Shown here: positions 47,083-57,025 of the stretch, one piece after another
How the letters are laid out: the number at the start of each line of letters is the position of its first letter
How positions within the stretch are numbered: the first letter of the stretch is position 1
DNA from: Chloroflexota bacterium
Lineage (GTDB): Bacteria; Chloroflexota; UBA11872; VXOZ01
DNA length: 64,000 bases
Direction of reading: 5' to 3'
Assembly (NCBI GenBank): GCA_963662335.2
Contig: CAXXVD010000003.1
Span: 480,001 to 544,000, forward strand
Translations under genes and position numbers: made by a program
Notes under the pieces: model-generated
The model's database searches: none
The model's input: the letters and a program-made list of their open reading frames with translations, nothing else
Told to the model about the DNA's origin: nothing

Positions 47083-48462
47083 CTAAAGGGAATCAGCCCA
47101 CTTATCCAGGATGGCCTGCACTTCCACTTCCTTCTGCGCCAGCGCCTCTTCCGGCGTCACCTTGCCCGTGGAGGCGTTCACCCACGCGGTGCGATCGGCG
47201 CTGAGGATCTCATCGTTACCGGGAATCACCGGCACCCACTTAGCTACCTTAATCTCATCCATGACGGGTATGGCATGGGGCGCAGAGCTGCGGTACTCGT
47301 CGGATCGCGCGATGGATTCCAGCGCCGGCACGAGACCAAGCCCATCTGCCCACGTAAGCTGGCTCTCCTTGGTCATGAGATGCTCGACGAAGCGGAACGC
47401 TTGGTCTGGGTGCCCACCGACTTGCGGCATAGCAATCGACCAGCCGCCCAGGTAGTTCGTCCGCAGCCCGCCTTCAGGTATTGGCAGACCGCCCACGCCC
47501 CAGGTCACGGACGCGCCCCAGTTTTGGTAGCGCCGCGTGGTGCTGGCGCCGTTATGCACCATCATGGAGACGCGGCCCACGGTGAAGTGATCGTTCTGCG
47601 AGGGATTCGTGTTGCCCAGCGCCGCGGTGATGCCCTCCAGTCCGCCCTGGAGATCAAGCAGGCCCAGCATGAATTTGAATGCGCCGAGACCGGCATCGTT
47701 GTTGAAGTTCGGCTTGCGGTTGTCGGGCGTCAGGTACTCGCCGCCGAGTTGCCAGAACCAGATGTACCACTGCAGGAAGTGCGGCGGATTGCCCCACGTG
47801 GGGGTGAACCCAATGCGCTCCACCGCTTCGCCGCTGGTCTTGTAGAGCCGCGAAACTGCGGACTCCAGTTCGTCCCAGGTACCCACCGGCGCCTCGGGGT
47901 CCAGGCCGATCTCGATGAAGTGCTCTTTATTCCAATGTAACGCGCGTCCGTCGCAATGCAAGGGCACCGCGTAGATCTTGCCTTTCCACGTCACGTCATC
48001 GCGGAGCTTGGGCCAGAAATCCTCCCAAACGAAGACGCTGGTTGCATTTACCCGCGGGGTGAGGTCGGCCAGAAAGCCCGCCGCGGAGAATTGACCGGCC
48101 AGGTAGCGGTCCAAGTAGAAGACCTCGGGCGGCGACCCGGCCGCCGCCGCGGTGATGAACTTCTCCTTGGCGCGCAAGCCAACGGGGATGGGCTGGACTT
48201 CTACGTTTATGTCCGGGTTCTGTTCGTTAAACCGCTCTACGATGGTGGAGGCCGGGTGGTCCGGGGTGGCGAAGACGCTGGCGGCCCAAAAGCTGATGGT
48301 CACGGGTTCTGCGGGTGCGGGCGCCGCTTCCTCGGCGGCGGGCGCCTCGCCCTCTGTCGGTGGCGCGGCCGCAGGCGCCGCGCCGCACGCGGCGAGCACG
48401 ATCCCTCCACTCATCACGCCGGCAGTCGCGAACAATCTCCTGCGCGAAACTAACGTCGCCAT
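47083..48462 (-). CDS. ABC sugar-type solute-binding lipoprotein, paralogue of 23275-24663
   Basis: SRRRLF..LAAC; both share WPKLRDD, LQWYI and KWVPVIPGNDEI. Confidence 0.88.
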   Translation of the reverse strand: MATLVSRRRLFATAGVMSGGIVLAACGAAPAAAPPTEGEAPAAEEAAPAPAEPVTISFWAASVFATPDHPASTIVERFNEQNPDINVEVQPIPVGLRAKEKFITAAAAGSPPEVFYLDRYLAGQFSAAGFLADLTPRVNATSVFVWEDFWPKLRDDVTWKGKIYAVPLHCDGRALHWNKEHFIEIGLDPEAPVGTWDELESAVSRLYKTSGEAVERIGFTPTWGNPPHFLQWYIWFWQLGGEYLTPDNRKPNFNNDAGLGAFKFMLGLLDLQGGLEGITAALGNTNPSQNDHFTVGRVSMMVHNGASTTRRYQNWGASVTWGVGGLPIPEGGLRTNYLGGWSIAMPQVGGHPDQAFRFVEHLMTKESQLTWADGLGLVPALESIARSDEYRSSAPHAIPVMDEIKVAKWVPVIPGNDEILSADRTAWVNASTGKVTPEEALAQKEVEVQAILDKWADSL

Positions 48463-48744
48463 GATACTCCTCCTTGTCTAGAGGCATATAACACATACTA
48501 TATACCATAAAACACAAGGGAATGCAACGGTCTGGAATGTGAGTCTAACCTATTTCTGGGGAGGGCTTAAGCCGCCGGTAGGTAGAAAAATGGGCCATCC
48601 GGCGAGCGTCAACGGAGTTGAGCGAAGCAATACAAGGCGTGCGTTCCGCCGCAACCCTTGAGCGCGATTAGGGCTGCACATCCGGTTCCGCCGCACGGCA
48701 GCCGACCGGCCCCTTACAGGAATGTACTTAGCGCTATCCGGTTG

Positions 48745-49347
48745 CTAGAAGGGCAGGCTAAAGGCAAAGAGTTCGCGCAGGATGGCCCAGATGCTGCTGT
48801 AGACGGCGCCGACCCAGAAGATGCCGTTCAGGGTGGTGCCGATGACGACGAGGGTGTAGGCGCGCACGCCTTTGATCCGCAGCACCCAGATGAGCGGCAG
48901 GCCGGCCATGGTGGGACCGGAGAAGGTGTAGACCGCCAGGATCCCCAGGTCGCGCCGCAGGTCCGAGGCGCGGATCAGCCGCCGGGTGCGCTCCAGATGC
49001 CGGGTCTTGGCGCGTATCCAGTCCAGGAGGTCAAGCTCGATCGAGAGCAGGTAGAGGAGCGCGCTGTTGAGGACGATCATCACCGCGATGGTGGCGGCGG
49101 TGGCCACGACCGGGTTGAAGCGCAGGATGAGATAGTTGGAGAAGACCGTGACGATGATGTCGATGGAAGGCCAGAGCGCCACCGTGACCAGGCGGCGCAG
49201 GAGCTTCCGCGCGGCAAGCGGCCCCACGGCGCGCAACTGCACACGGTTGACGAGCGTCGTCACGCGGCTTTTCAGACTGCGGCGTGCGGGCGGCCTGTTC
49301 GGCGAGGATGCGGTCATGAGACTCCCTACCATCCCTTGCCCAGACAT
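48745..49347 (-). CDS. Hypothetical membrane protein
   Basis: About four hydrophobic segments; same strand as and just downstream of the glx-like genes; start uncertain. Confidence 0.65.
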   Translation of the reverse strand: MSGQGMVGSLMTASSPNRPPARRSLKSRVTTLVNRVQLRAVGPLAARKLLRRLVTVALWPSIDIIVTVFSNYLILRFNPVVATAATIAVMIVLNSALLYLLSIELDLLDWIRAKTRHLERTRRLIRASDLRRDLGILAVYTFSGPTMAGLPLIWVLRIKGVRAYTLVVIGTTLNGIFWVGAVYSSIWAILRELFAFSLPF

Positions 49348-49407
49348 GACGGCATGTGGAAGCGCGTGACACCGCGCGGCAATCGTCGTTCCGCGCTTAC
49401 GGCGGCG

Positions 49408-50700
49408 TCAGCGGCCAATCACGGTGTCCATGCCCACCAGCGGCACGTTGGTGATCAGGGAAGCCTCCAGGCTCAGGGCGCGCAGGTCTTCCGCTTCCAG
49501 GTCGTGCACGTTGGCTTTGCCGCAGGCCCGCGCCAGCAGTTGGATTTCTTGCGTCAAGGTGGCGATAAAGTTTGCCAGGTGATGCGCGGCGTCTTCGAAA
49601 CCGGGTAGGTCCGCGAACCCGTCGGGGGCGGCAGTGGCGCGCTCACCGGCGGCGGCCGCACCATCCGTCCCGCCGTCGCGTTGGTTCGCGCCGGTCTCCG
49701 ACTGCGCCCACGGCTCCAGGGAAGCCAGGGCGGCGGTGCCGATCGAGACGGCGTCCGCGCCCAGCGCCAGGGCCTTGGCCACGTCCGCGCCGCCGCGGAT
49801 GCCGCCACAGAGGATCAGGTTGACCTCGTCCTCCAGTCCCAGGTCCTGCAGCGCGCGCCGCGCCTGGCAGACCGCCGCCATGCCGGGCACGCCGGTGTGT
49901 TCGTTCAGGATTGCCGGGCCGGTGGACGCGCCGGCTTCCATCCCCTCCACGGTCACGATGTCCGCGCCGGCCTTGGCCGCAAGCTGGACGTCGTCGTAGA
50001 CGTGGGCGGCGCTGATCTTCACGATGATGGGCGCTTGCCAGTCGGTGGCTTCCCGCAATTCCTCCACCTTCTTGGGCAGATCGTCTGAGCCTACCCAGTC
50101 CGGGTGCCGCGTCGGCGAATGGGAGAGTTGGGAATAGGCCGTCTCTTGCACCGCGCGGGCCGACTGCGCCGCGCCGGGGCGGTCGTGGTAGGGCATGCCG
50201 ATGCTGGGGCTCACGCCGCGCACGCTCACAAGCTCGATCACGTCGGCTTGCCGCAGATGCCGGGGCGAAAAACCGCTGCGGCTGGGCAGCACTTCATAGG
50301 AAAGGAGCGTGGCGTACTGCCGTTCCGCCGCCAACATGCCGCCGTGGCCGGTGGTATAGAGGATGCCGGCGCGCGCCGCTCCGTACGCCAGCGCGGCCCG
50401 CACGGCCGGCGGCAGCAGCCGCGCGCCCATGCCGGCAATCGTTACCGGCGTGCTCAGCGCCAGCGGCCGCGCGGCAAAGCGCGTCCCCAACGTGGTCGCG
50501 GTGGTGCACTGCTCGTAGAAAGACTCCAGGGGCACGCGGGTCAACGAGCAGGGGACGAGCGTCAGGTCGTCGAACGTGGGGAGATTGCGCGCCCGGCCCG
50601 CGCCCCCCACGCGAAAGCGACCGGTTTCCGCCTTCTCTTGGATTTCGGCGTACACCTGCGGGGTATAGGTGGCGCTTTCAGTTCGTTCCGGTGATTCCAT
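49408..50700 (-). CDS. FMN-binding glutamate synthase-family subunit (GlxD/MgsC-like), degenerate motifs
   Basis: FDDLT, RHPDW, IIVKI, GGIRGGADVAKALALGADAV, ARACGK; no Fe-S Cys motif. Confidence 0.85.
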   Translation of the reverse strand: MESPERTESATYTPQVYAEIQEKAETGRFRVGGAGRARNLPTFDDLTLVPCSLTRVPLESFYEQCTTATTLGTRFAARPLALSTPVTIAGMGARLLPPAVRAALAYGAARAGILYTTGHGGMLAAERQYATLLSYEVLPSRSGFSPRHLRQADVIELVSVRGVSPSIGMPYHDRPGAAQSARAVQETAYSQLSHSPTRHPDWVGSDDLPKKVEELREATDWQAPIIVKISAAHVYDDVQLAAKAGADIVTVEGMEAGASTGPAILNEHTGVPGMAAVCQARRALQDLGLEDEVNLILCGGIRGGADVAKALALGADAVSIGTAALASLEPWAQSETGANQRDGGTDGAAAAGERATAAPDGFADLPGFEDAAHHLANFIATLTQEIQLLARACGKANVHDLEAEDLRALSLEASLITNVPLVGMDTVIGR

Positions 50701-50709
50701 GATCCGGTA

Positions 50710-51375
50710 TCAGCCTCCGGCGCGTTGGGCGCTCGCCGCGCCGCCGGCGCCAAACTTGCGGAACGGACGCGCGTGCGCCAGGCCGGCGGCGGCGACGATC
50801 TCTGCCACGCGGGCGTGTTCAGCCGGTGTCGGCTCGCATTCCACCACGCCTTCGCCAAGCTGCTCCACCGCTCCCGCGACGAAGATGCGGCCGCCGTCCA
50901 TGCCGTGGCCCAGCCGTTCGCTTGCGTTGCCGCAGACGATCAGGTCGCCGCGATGCATCATGAAGCCGCTCATGAAGCCTACGTTGCCCCCTACTACCAC
51001 CATACCACCAAGCATGGCGATGCCGGTGCGCGCGGCCGCGTTGCCGTGCACGCAGACCATGCCGTTGTGGATCGCGGCGCCGGTGGCGTTGCCTGCGTGC
51101 CCGCGCACGACCACGCTGCCGCTCTGGAGTCCTTCCGCCGTGCTCCAGCCGGCGCTGCCGAGAATCTCGACCGTAGGCCCGTCGCCCATGGCCCCGCAGT
51201 AGTAGCCCACCGTGCCGCCAAAGATGAGGCGCGCGGGTTGGAACAACGCCACGCCCAGGCTGTGCCGGCCCCGCGGGTCGTACACGTGGATGTCGCGCTC
51301 ACCCTGCGCCAGCGCGCGGCGAATGAGTTGGTTGACCTCGCGGGTGGAACGGTCTACGGCTTCAATGAAGAACAT
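50710..51375 (-). CDS. GXGXG beta-helix subunit (GlxC/MgsB-like)
   Basis: REVNQ, GRHSLGV, GTVGYYC, GNVGFMSGFMM and repeated GxAG. Confidence 0.88.
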   Translation of the reverse strand: MFFIEAVDRSTREVNQLIRRALAQGERDIHVYDPRGRHSLGVALFQPARLIFGGTVGYYCGAMGDGPTVEILGSAGWSTAEGLQSGSVVVRGHAGNATGAAIHNGMVCVHGNAAARTGIAMLGGMVVVGGNVGFMSGFMMHRGDLIVCGNASERLGHGMDGGRIFVAGAVEQLGEGVVECEPTPAEHARVAEIVAAAGLAHARPFRKFGAGGAASAQRAGG

Positions 51376-51416
51376 CGTCTTACCATAGGAGCAGGGCGAC
51401 CGAGCACGTCATTCCC

Positions 51417-51766
51417 CTGAATAGGGTGGCAGCCGCCGTCATTGCTCTGAAAACAGCGCGACCGGCTCCGTCATTCCCGCGCACGCGGGAATCCATCTGC
51501 TCCGCGCGCCACAAGGATGGATTCCCGCGTGCGCGGGAATGACGGTGCGGCGCCCTGCCCCCATACTCGTTCCCTTGGGTGACCGTCGGGCGGCCATGGC
51601 GATTACTCTGGTAGGGCACGTCGCTAACCTCCCGGAGTCTCCGGTAGCGCAGGTTTGTAATCTGCGAAGATGTTAGCTCAATCCTTTGCGTGTCAATTTC
51701 AACAGTTCCGGCGGGGGACAAGCCCCCGCGCTACGGCCCAGATTCCTCGCCGCGCTCGGAATGACG
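51417..51766. repeat. Mosaic of REP-like palindromes between glxB-like and glxC-like genes
   Basis: CGTCATTCCCGCG..CGCGGGAATCCA doublet, 91-bp hybrid at 51644-51734, and half copy at 51740. Confidence 0.75.
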
Positions 51767-51783
51767 TGATTTGTCAGCGTCAC

Positions 51784-52740
51784 CTACGGTAGTGCCGTCT
51801 GCGCGCCGGCCTCGGCAAGACTTGGCTTCCGCCTGGACCAGACGTGCACCTGCTTGGCGTCCGGTTCCCACGTGACCAACTCTTGTTCCAGCCCTTCGCA
51901 GACCGCGGCGGCTTCCGAACTCACCACCACGAAGTCGTCGGTCTCCGCGATCACCAGCGGGCGCGCGCCCATGAAGTCCTTGGCCGCGCCCAGTTCGTTC
52001 TCGGTGGCCGCCACGTAGGTGTACGTGCCGTCCAGCACGTCCAGCGAAGCGCGCATGGCGTCCTCCAGCGAGGCCCCGCGCTCCATCGCCAAGGCCAGGA
52101 AGGCGCCGATCACCTCCGCGTCGTTGGTGGTGGAGAAACGCCGGCCCTGCGCCTCGAACTTGCGGCGCAGTTTGTGGTAGTTCGTAATCTGCCCGGCGTG
52201 CGCCACCGCCATGTCGGGCCGCGGCCGCGCCCAGAAGGGCTGCGAATGGCTCACGTCCACCCGACTCTCCGTGGCCAGACGCGCCTGGCCGATCATGTGG
52301 GTGCCGCGAATGGCGGAAAGCGCGTACTCCTCCTCCAGGTGGTCGATGGAGCCCACGTCCTTCATGATGCTGAGCCGCCGCCCGACGCTGAAGCACTCGA
52401 CGCCGCCAAGTTCGCTCACGCTCTCGGCGACGCTCACCACCCCGTGCACGTCTTCCACTCCGTCGAGCACGAGTTGCAAGGTGTGGCCGACCATGCGCGA
52501 CTTGACGACGTTGGCCTTGCGTCCCACGCGCCGCACGACCCGCCCACTGAGCGTGCGCGCGTCAGCGCCCTCGACCTTCACGGCCACCAGGACCTGGCCC
52601 CGCGTCTCCGGCACGAAGAACGCCGCCCCGGTTGAATCCGGCGTGTGCGGCGAGAGCGACCGCAGCATCTTGAGCGCAATGTCGCCAATCGGCGCGTAGC
52701 CGTCGCCGGTGCGGTCGAGATAGCCGACAACTCCGTACAC
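51784..52740 (-). CDS. Class II (Ntn) glutamine amidotransferase-like subunit (GlxB/MgsA-like) lacking catalytic Cys
   Basis: GGAGGAGG RBS then GTG-TAC-GGA (MYGVVG); RLATES, HSQPF, HAGQITNY, NDAEVI, LDGTYT. Confidence 0.85.
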   Translation of the reverse strand: MYGVVGYLDRTGDGYAPIGDIALKMLRSLSPHTPDSTGAAFFVPETRGQVLVAVKVEGADARTLSGRVVRRVGRKANVVKSRMVGHTLQLVLDGVEDVHGVVSVAESVSELGGVECFSVGRRLSIMKDVGSIDHLEEEYALSAIRGTHMIGQARLATESRVDVSHSQPFWARPRPDMAVAHAGQITNYHKLRRKFEAQGRRFSTTNDAEVIGAFLALAMERGASLEDAMRASLDVLDGTYTYVAATENELGAAKDFMGARPLVIAETDDFVVVSSEAAAVCEGLEQELVTWEPDAKQVHVWSRRKPSLAEAGAQTALP

Positions 52741-52851
52741 GATTCGTGCCTCCTCCCTTCTATCATACGCCTTCGGGCAAGATTGCACGCTCCATCTCTC
52801 CTGTACCTTCCGCTTCTATCCCTATATTCAGTGTGGTGAGACTTTACCATG

Positions 52852-52917
52852 ATGAAAGCGCAGCGGACTCCGTCATTCCCGCGTGCGCGGGAATGACGGA
52901 GTCCGCTGCGCTTTCAT
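52852..52917. repeat. Perfect 32-bp inverted repeat with 2-nt loop
   Basis: ATGAAAGCGCAGCGGACTCCGTCATTCCCGCG-TG-exact reverse complement. Confidence 0.95.
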
Positions 52918-53061
52918 TCCCCTGGGAGGCAGAGCCAACCGTTTCTCTATTCCACAGGCTGCCGGACGGGGCCGCGGGTACGGCCCACGTGCTTGACTCC
53001 CGCGCGCGCTCTGCGTGCGTGTCCCTCGCCGCCGGTTGGGCCAACTGCGCCGCCGCTGTGG

Positions 53062-53091
53062 TTGACCCTCGGCTTGCGCCCTACCTATAAT
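53062..53091 (+). promoter_or_regulatory. tRNA-Thr promoter
   Basis: TTGACC, 18 bp, TATAAT. Confidence 0.7.
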
Positions 53092-53152
53092 TTCAATGTG
53101 GGCAGTGGTCCGGTCCAAAGCGGGAATCTCCAACTTCCCAGGCAACGCGCGC

Positions 53153-53224
53153 GCCGACGTAGCTCAATGGCAGAGCAGCGGTTTTGTAAACCGCAGGTTA
53201 TGGGTTCGAATCCCTTCGTCGGCT
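53153..53224 (+). tRNA. tRNA-Thr(TGT)
   Basis: GCCGACGTAGCTCAATGGCAGAGCAGCGGTTT-TGT-AAACCGC...GTTCGAATCCC.TCGTCGGCT; CCA not encoded. Confidence 0.95.
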
Positions 53225-53392
53225 CCGGTTTTCTCCTCACCCTAATGCTGTCGCATTAACGTAGCGCGGGGGCTTGTCCCCCGCCGGAGCAAGAGAAAAA
53301 GATATGAAAAGGATTGAACCTACAGTGTCGCAGGTTGCAAGCCTGCGTTACCGGAGATGTGAGGCGGATTGGGTTTCACGAGGAGGCGCAAC

Positions 53393-55639
53393 ATGGCGCG
53401 TTCCGCATGGCGGCGGGTGGGGCTGGAAATACAGGCGGAGCCGGGCGCGGAGCCTGACCGCTGCGACGTGGCGTTTCACGGCGTAGACGGCCGGGTGGAC
53501 CGGGGTCTGGCGCTCACGCTGCCGGCCGGCAGGGTCGGCACGTGGGAGTTCACGGTCACCGTGCGCGCGCCGGTGGCGGCCGGCGGCGGCTTCCTCTTCC
53601 GGCGCCACGGCTTTTTGCTGGGGCACCGGGTGCAGGACTACAACCCGCGCGGGCGCGACTACGTGACCCTGGAAACGCGCTCGGCGGCGCGGCTGCGCCT
53701 GGTGGTGAATTCCCTCAACCAGTCGCACCGGCCCAGCTTTGCCCAAGTGCTCGTGACCGGCGGCGCGCTGAGGCCCGGCGACCGCTTTACCGTGCGCGTG
53801 GGCGACCGGCGGCAGGGCGGCCCCGGCAGCGAGGTCTACGATTGCACCACACTCGGTCGCCTCGCCTTTGCGGTAGACCGCGCCGGTGATGGCGTCTACC
53901 GGACGCTGGCGTGCAGTCCGGCGACGGTGCGCATTGACGCCGAACCCCGCGCCGACCTGCTGCGCGCGCTCGGCCCCTCGATTGTCGCGCCGGGCGAACC
54001 GTTTGCGGTCCATCTTATCGCCTTCGACCGCCATCGCAACGTCTGTTCCCAATACCGCGGCACGGTGACGCTCACCGGCCCGGACGGCGCGCTGCCGCCA
54101 ACGGCCGCGTTCACCGCGCGGGAGCAGGGCGTCTTGATCATCGAGAACGCGCGCCTCACCGCGCCCGGCCTCTACCGTTTCACCGCCGTAGACGAGCGCA
54201 ACGGCCTGCGCGCGCGCAGCAATCCCACGCTCTGCGAGGCCGCGCCGCAGCGACGCCTCTACTGGGGCGAACTGCACTGCCATAGCTGGGGCGATACGAC
54301 GCTTGAGCTGATGAGCGAGCCGAACTTCAAGTCTCATCCCGCCCGCCGCCACGAGCAGGCGCGGCAGGTGGGCCGCCTGGATTTCTGCGCGCCGGGGCCC
54401 ATGTCCGCGCCCAACGACGCGGACCGTCCCGAAGTCTGGCAGGCGCACCGGGACGCCTTTCGCGCCAACGACGAGCCGGGCGCGTACGTGCCCTTTCTGG
54501 CCTACGAGGCGCATCCGGGACTGGGCGGCGACCGCAACGTGGTCTTTCGGGGGGATGAGCCGACCCACTTGCCCATGAAAGCGCCTATGGACGACGTGAT
54601 GAACGCCTACGGCGCGCGCGCTGACGTTCTCCTGGAAGCCCATATCGGCGGCGGGCCGCCCAACTGGACGGCCTATCCCACTGAGGAAGCGCCGCTGGTG
54701 GAAGTCACCAGCGGCCACGGCGCGTTCGAGTGGGTGCTCCAGCGGGCGCTGCGCCACGGCTACCGGCCGGCGGTGATCGGCTCCAGCGACGTGCACCTGC
54801 CGACCCTCGGCGCGCCCATGGCCGCCCACTGCTTTCGCGGGCGCTTCAACGAGGAGTTCAATATCCGCGACACGGCCTTCGGCAGCGGCCAGGTGGCCGG
54901 GGTCTACGCGGCGGCCCGCGCGCGGGAAAGCATCTGGCAGGCGCTCCGCGACCGCCAAACGTTCGCCACCACCGGCGCGCGCATCATCCTGGACGTGCGC
55001 GCCAACGGACAACCGGCCGGCGGCATTGTCGAGTCCGCCGGGCCGGTTGACGTATGCGTTCGCGCCCACGCCTGCGCGCCAATCGAGCGGGTGGACCTGA
55101 TTCGCGGCGACCGCTGTGTGGCGTCCTGGTTGCCTGGCGCGCTCGACGCCGCGCTCGACGCCGCGCTCGACTTCACCGATGCGCAGCCTTTGCGGGAGAA
55201 TGCCTACTACGTCCGCCTGCGCCAGACCGACGGCGAATACGCCTGGAGCACGCCGGTGTGGGTCGCGTGCGCCGGCGGCGGCGCTGCGCCGGACCCCAGC
55301 CTGCCGCTCTGGAACGCCCACGAGCCGGTCGACCTGGCAAGCCTGCGCCCCAACGCGGCGGAGCAATACGAAGACGCGCTCTGGGCGTACCTGGAAACCG
55401 AGGAAGACCCGGCGCTCTTCCGCGGCCTGACGCCGGTCAAGCTCTTGGAGGAAGCCCCCGGCCGCGCGGCCCTGTTCTACGCTTTCTACGCCCCGGACGG
55501 CTGGCCGGTGAGCATCCGCTGGTACTACGAGTTCGACCTGCCCCGGCTGCACGTAGACTGGGGCTGGCGCGACTTCGGCGCGCGCCCCACGCCCACGAAA
55601 GTCACCGAACCGGCGGAGATGAAAGACCCCTTGGCCTGA
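53393..55639 (+). CDS. DUF3604-like PHP-fold metallohydrolase
   Basis: AGGAGG RBS; YWGELHCHS, GDRNVVF, VEVTSGHG, GSSDVH, FATTGARI, YYVRLRQTDG..AWSTP. Confidence 0.8.
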   Translation: MARSAWRRVGLEIQAEPGAEPDRCDVAFHGVDGRVDRGLALTLPAGRVGTWEFTVTVRAPVAAGGGFLFRRHGFLLGHRVQDYNPRGRDYVTLETRSAARLRLVVNSLNQSHRPSFAQVLVTGGALRPGDRFTVRVGDRRQGGPGSEVYDCTTLGRLAFAVDRAGDGVYRTLACSPATVRIDAEPRADLLRALGPSIVAPGEPFAVHLIAFDRHRNVCSQYRGTVTLTGPDGALPPTAAFTAREQGVLIIENARLTAPGLYRFTAVDERNGLRARSNPTLCEAAPQRRLYWGELHCHSWGDTTLELMSEPNFKSHPARRHEQARQVGRLDFCAPGPMSAPNDADRPEVWQAHRDAFRANDEPGAYVPFLAYEAHPGLGGDRNVVFRGDEPTHLPMKAPMDDVMNAYGARADVLLEAHIGGGPPNWTAYPTEEAPLVEVTSGHGAFEWVLQRALRHGYRPAVIGSSDVHLPTLGAPMAAHCFRGRFNEEFNIRDTAFGSGQVAGVYAAARARESIWQALRDRQTFATTGARIILDVRANGQPAGGIVESAGPVDVCVRAHACAPIERVDLIRGDRCVASWLPGALDAALDAALDFTDAQPLRENAYYVRLRQTDGEYAWSTPVWVACAGGGAAPDPSLPLWNAHEPVDLASLRPNAAEQYEDALWAYLETEEDPALFRGLTPVKLLEEAPGRAALFYAFYAPDGWPVSIRWYYEFDLPRLHVDWGWRDFGARPTPTKVTEPAEMKDPLA

Positions 55640-55760
55640 CGGTCTGAAAGCCACGCGAAATCCTGTCCGAATGACCGTCATGCCCGCGCGCCGCATCCAG
55701 GGTAGAGGCTCATGCCCGCAATGATCCCGTCCTCACCGCAGTTCTAAGGAGGTGTCCACC

Positions 55761-56795
55761 ATGCGCCCGCTTGCGTTCGAATACGACCTCTCCCAACACA
55801 TAGACGAAGCGCAGCCCGCGATGCTCTTCAGCGGCGCTACCGCTGAGGAACTCCGCGACTGGCAGGAGCGCTTTCGCGCCAAAGTGCTCAGCCTGCTGGG
55901 CATCCTGCCGGAACGCGCCGCGCTGAAGATCGAATATGTGGAAGAGGTAGACTGCGGGACGTACGTCCGCCGCAAGCTGCGCTACCAGACCGAGGAAGGC
56001 GTCTGGGTACCGGCCTATCTCCTCGTGCCCAAGGGCGTATCCCCCGCTAAGAAGTCGGCGGCAATCCTCTGTCTGCACGGCCACGGGCGCTTTGGCAAGG
56101 ATAGCGTAGCCGGCATCGCGGACACGCCGGAACGCGCGGCGGAAGTCAACCGCCTGCAGTACGACTTTGGCCGGCGCTTTGCCGAGCAGGGCTACGTGGT
56201 GCTGGCGCCCGACCTGCGCGGCTTTGGCGAGCGCCAGCCGCACTATCCCGACCCCAAGCCCGACTACTGCTGCCGCAACTACATGGCCGCCACGCTGCTG
56301 GGCCGCACCGTGGTCGGCTACCAGCTCTGCGACCTGCACGCGGCGGTGGACGTCTTGGAGTCGCTGCCGTACGTTGATTCCCAGCGGCTGGCGGCGGCCG
56401 GCCTCTCTTACGGCGGGCGCATGACGATGCTCATCAGCGCCATGGACGCCCGCATTGCGGCCTGCGTGCCCTCCGGTTGCCTGAACGTGTACCAGGAGCG
56501 CTACCAGAACCTCCACCAGTGCGGCTCCCAACTCATCCCCAGTTTGCTGCTCTATGGCGACACGCCGGAGATATTTTCGCTCATCGCGCCGCGCCCCATG
56601 GTCATCGAATGGGGCCTGCGGGACAAACTCATCCCCCACGAGTGGGCCGAACGCGCCCTGGCCCGCATCCGCAAAGCCTACGCCGCTTCCGGTAGTCCGG
56701 ACAACCTCACCGTGCACCAATTCGACAAGGGCCACGTGTTCGAAGGCACGGTGGGCGCGGAGATGCTCCACCGCTGGCGGCAGGGTGTAGATTAG
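55761..56795 (+). CDS. Alpha/beta hydrolase (dienelactone hydrolase/acetyl esterase-like)
   Basis: AAGGAGGT RBS; LCLHGHG, APDLRGFGER, GLSYGG, GHVF. Confidence 0.88.
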   Translation: MRPLAFEYDLSQHIDEAQPAMLFSGATAEELRDWQERFRAKVLSLLGILPERAALKIEYVEEVDCGTYVRRKLRYQTEEGVWVPAYLLVPKGVSPAKKSAAILCLHGHGRFGKDSVAGIADTPERAAEVNRLQYDFGRRFAEQGYVVLAPDLRGFGERQPHYPDPKPDYCCRNYMAATLLGRTVVGYQLCDLHAAVDVLESLPYVDSQRLAAAGLSYGGRMTMLISAMDARIAACVPSGCLNVYQERYQNLHQCGSQLIPSLLLYGDTPEIFSLIAPRPMVIEWGLRDKLIPHEWAERALARIRKAYAASGSPDNLTVHQFDKGHVFEGTVGAEMLHRWRQGVD

Positions 56796-57025
56796 GAGAC
56801 GCGGCGGCAGCGAAGCGCCCGGCGCCGGGACGTGGCTAATGTACCCTTTGCGCGCGCCTGCGCAGCGTAGGGCAGCGCGCCAGCGGCTGTCATTGAATTG
56901 CGCGGATTGTTCAGGGCGGGCGCGAAGTGGCATAATGTCGAATGGCGGTTGTTTCTTCTCCATCGCCGCGCCAGCGTTGCGCGGGTTGGATATAGTCGAT
57001 TTCGTCGAAGACGCTGAGGCGGCGC

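Noticed and set aside
53348-55696. 782-aa minus-strand ORF and other long antisense or alternative-frame ORFs (e.g. 34742-36661, 16603-18123, 33205-34737)
   Set aside because: Shadow ORFs of GC-rich genes: Arg/Ala/Gly-rich and without recognisable motifs
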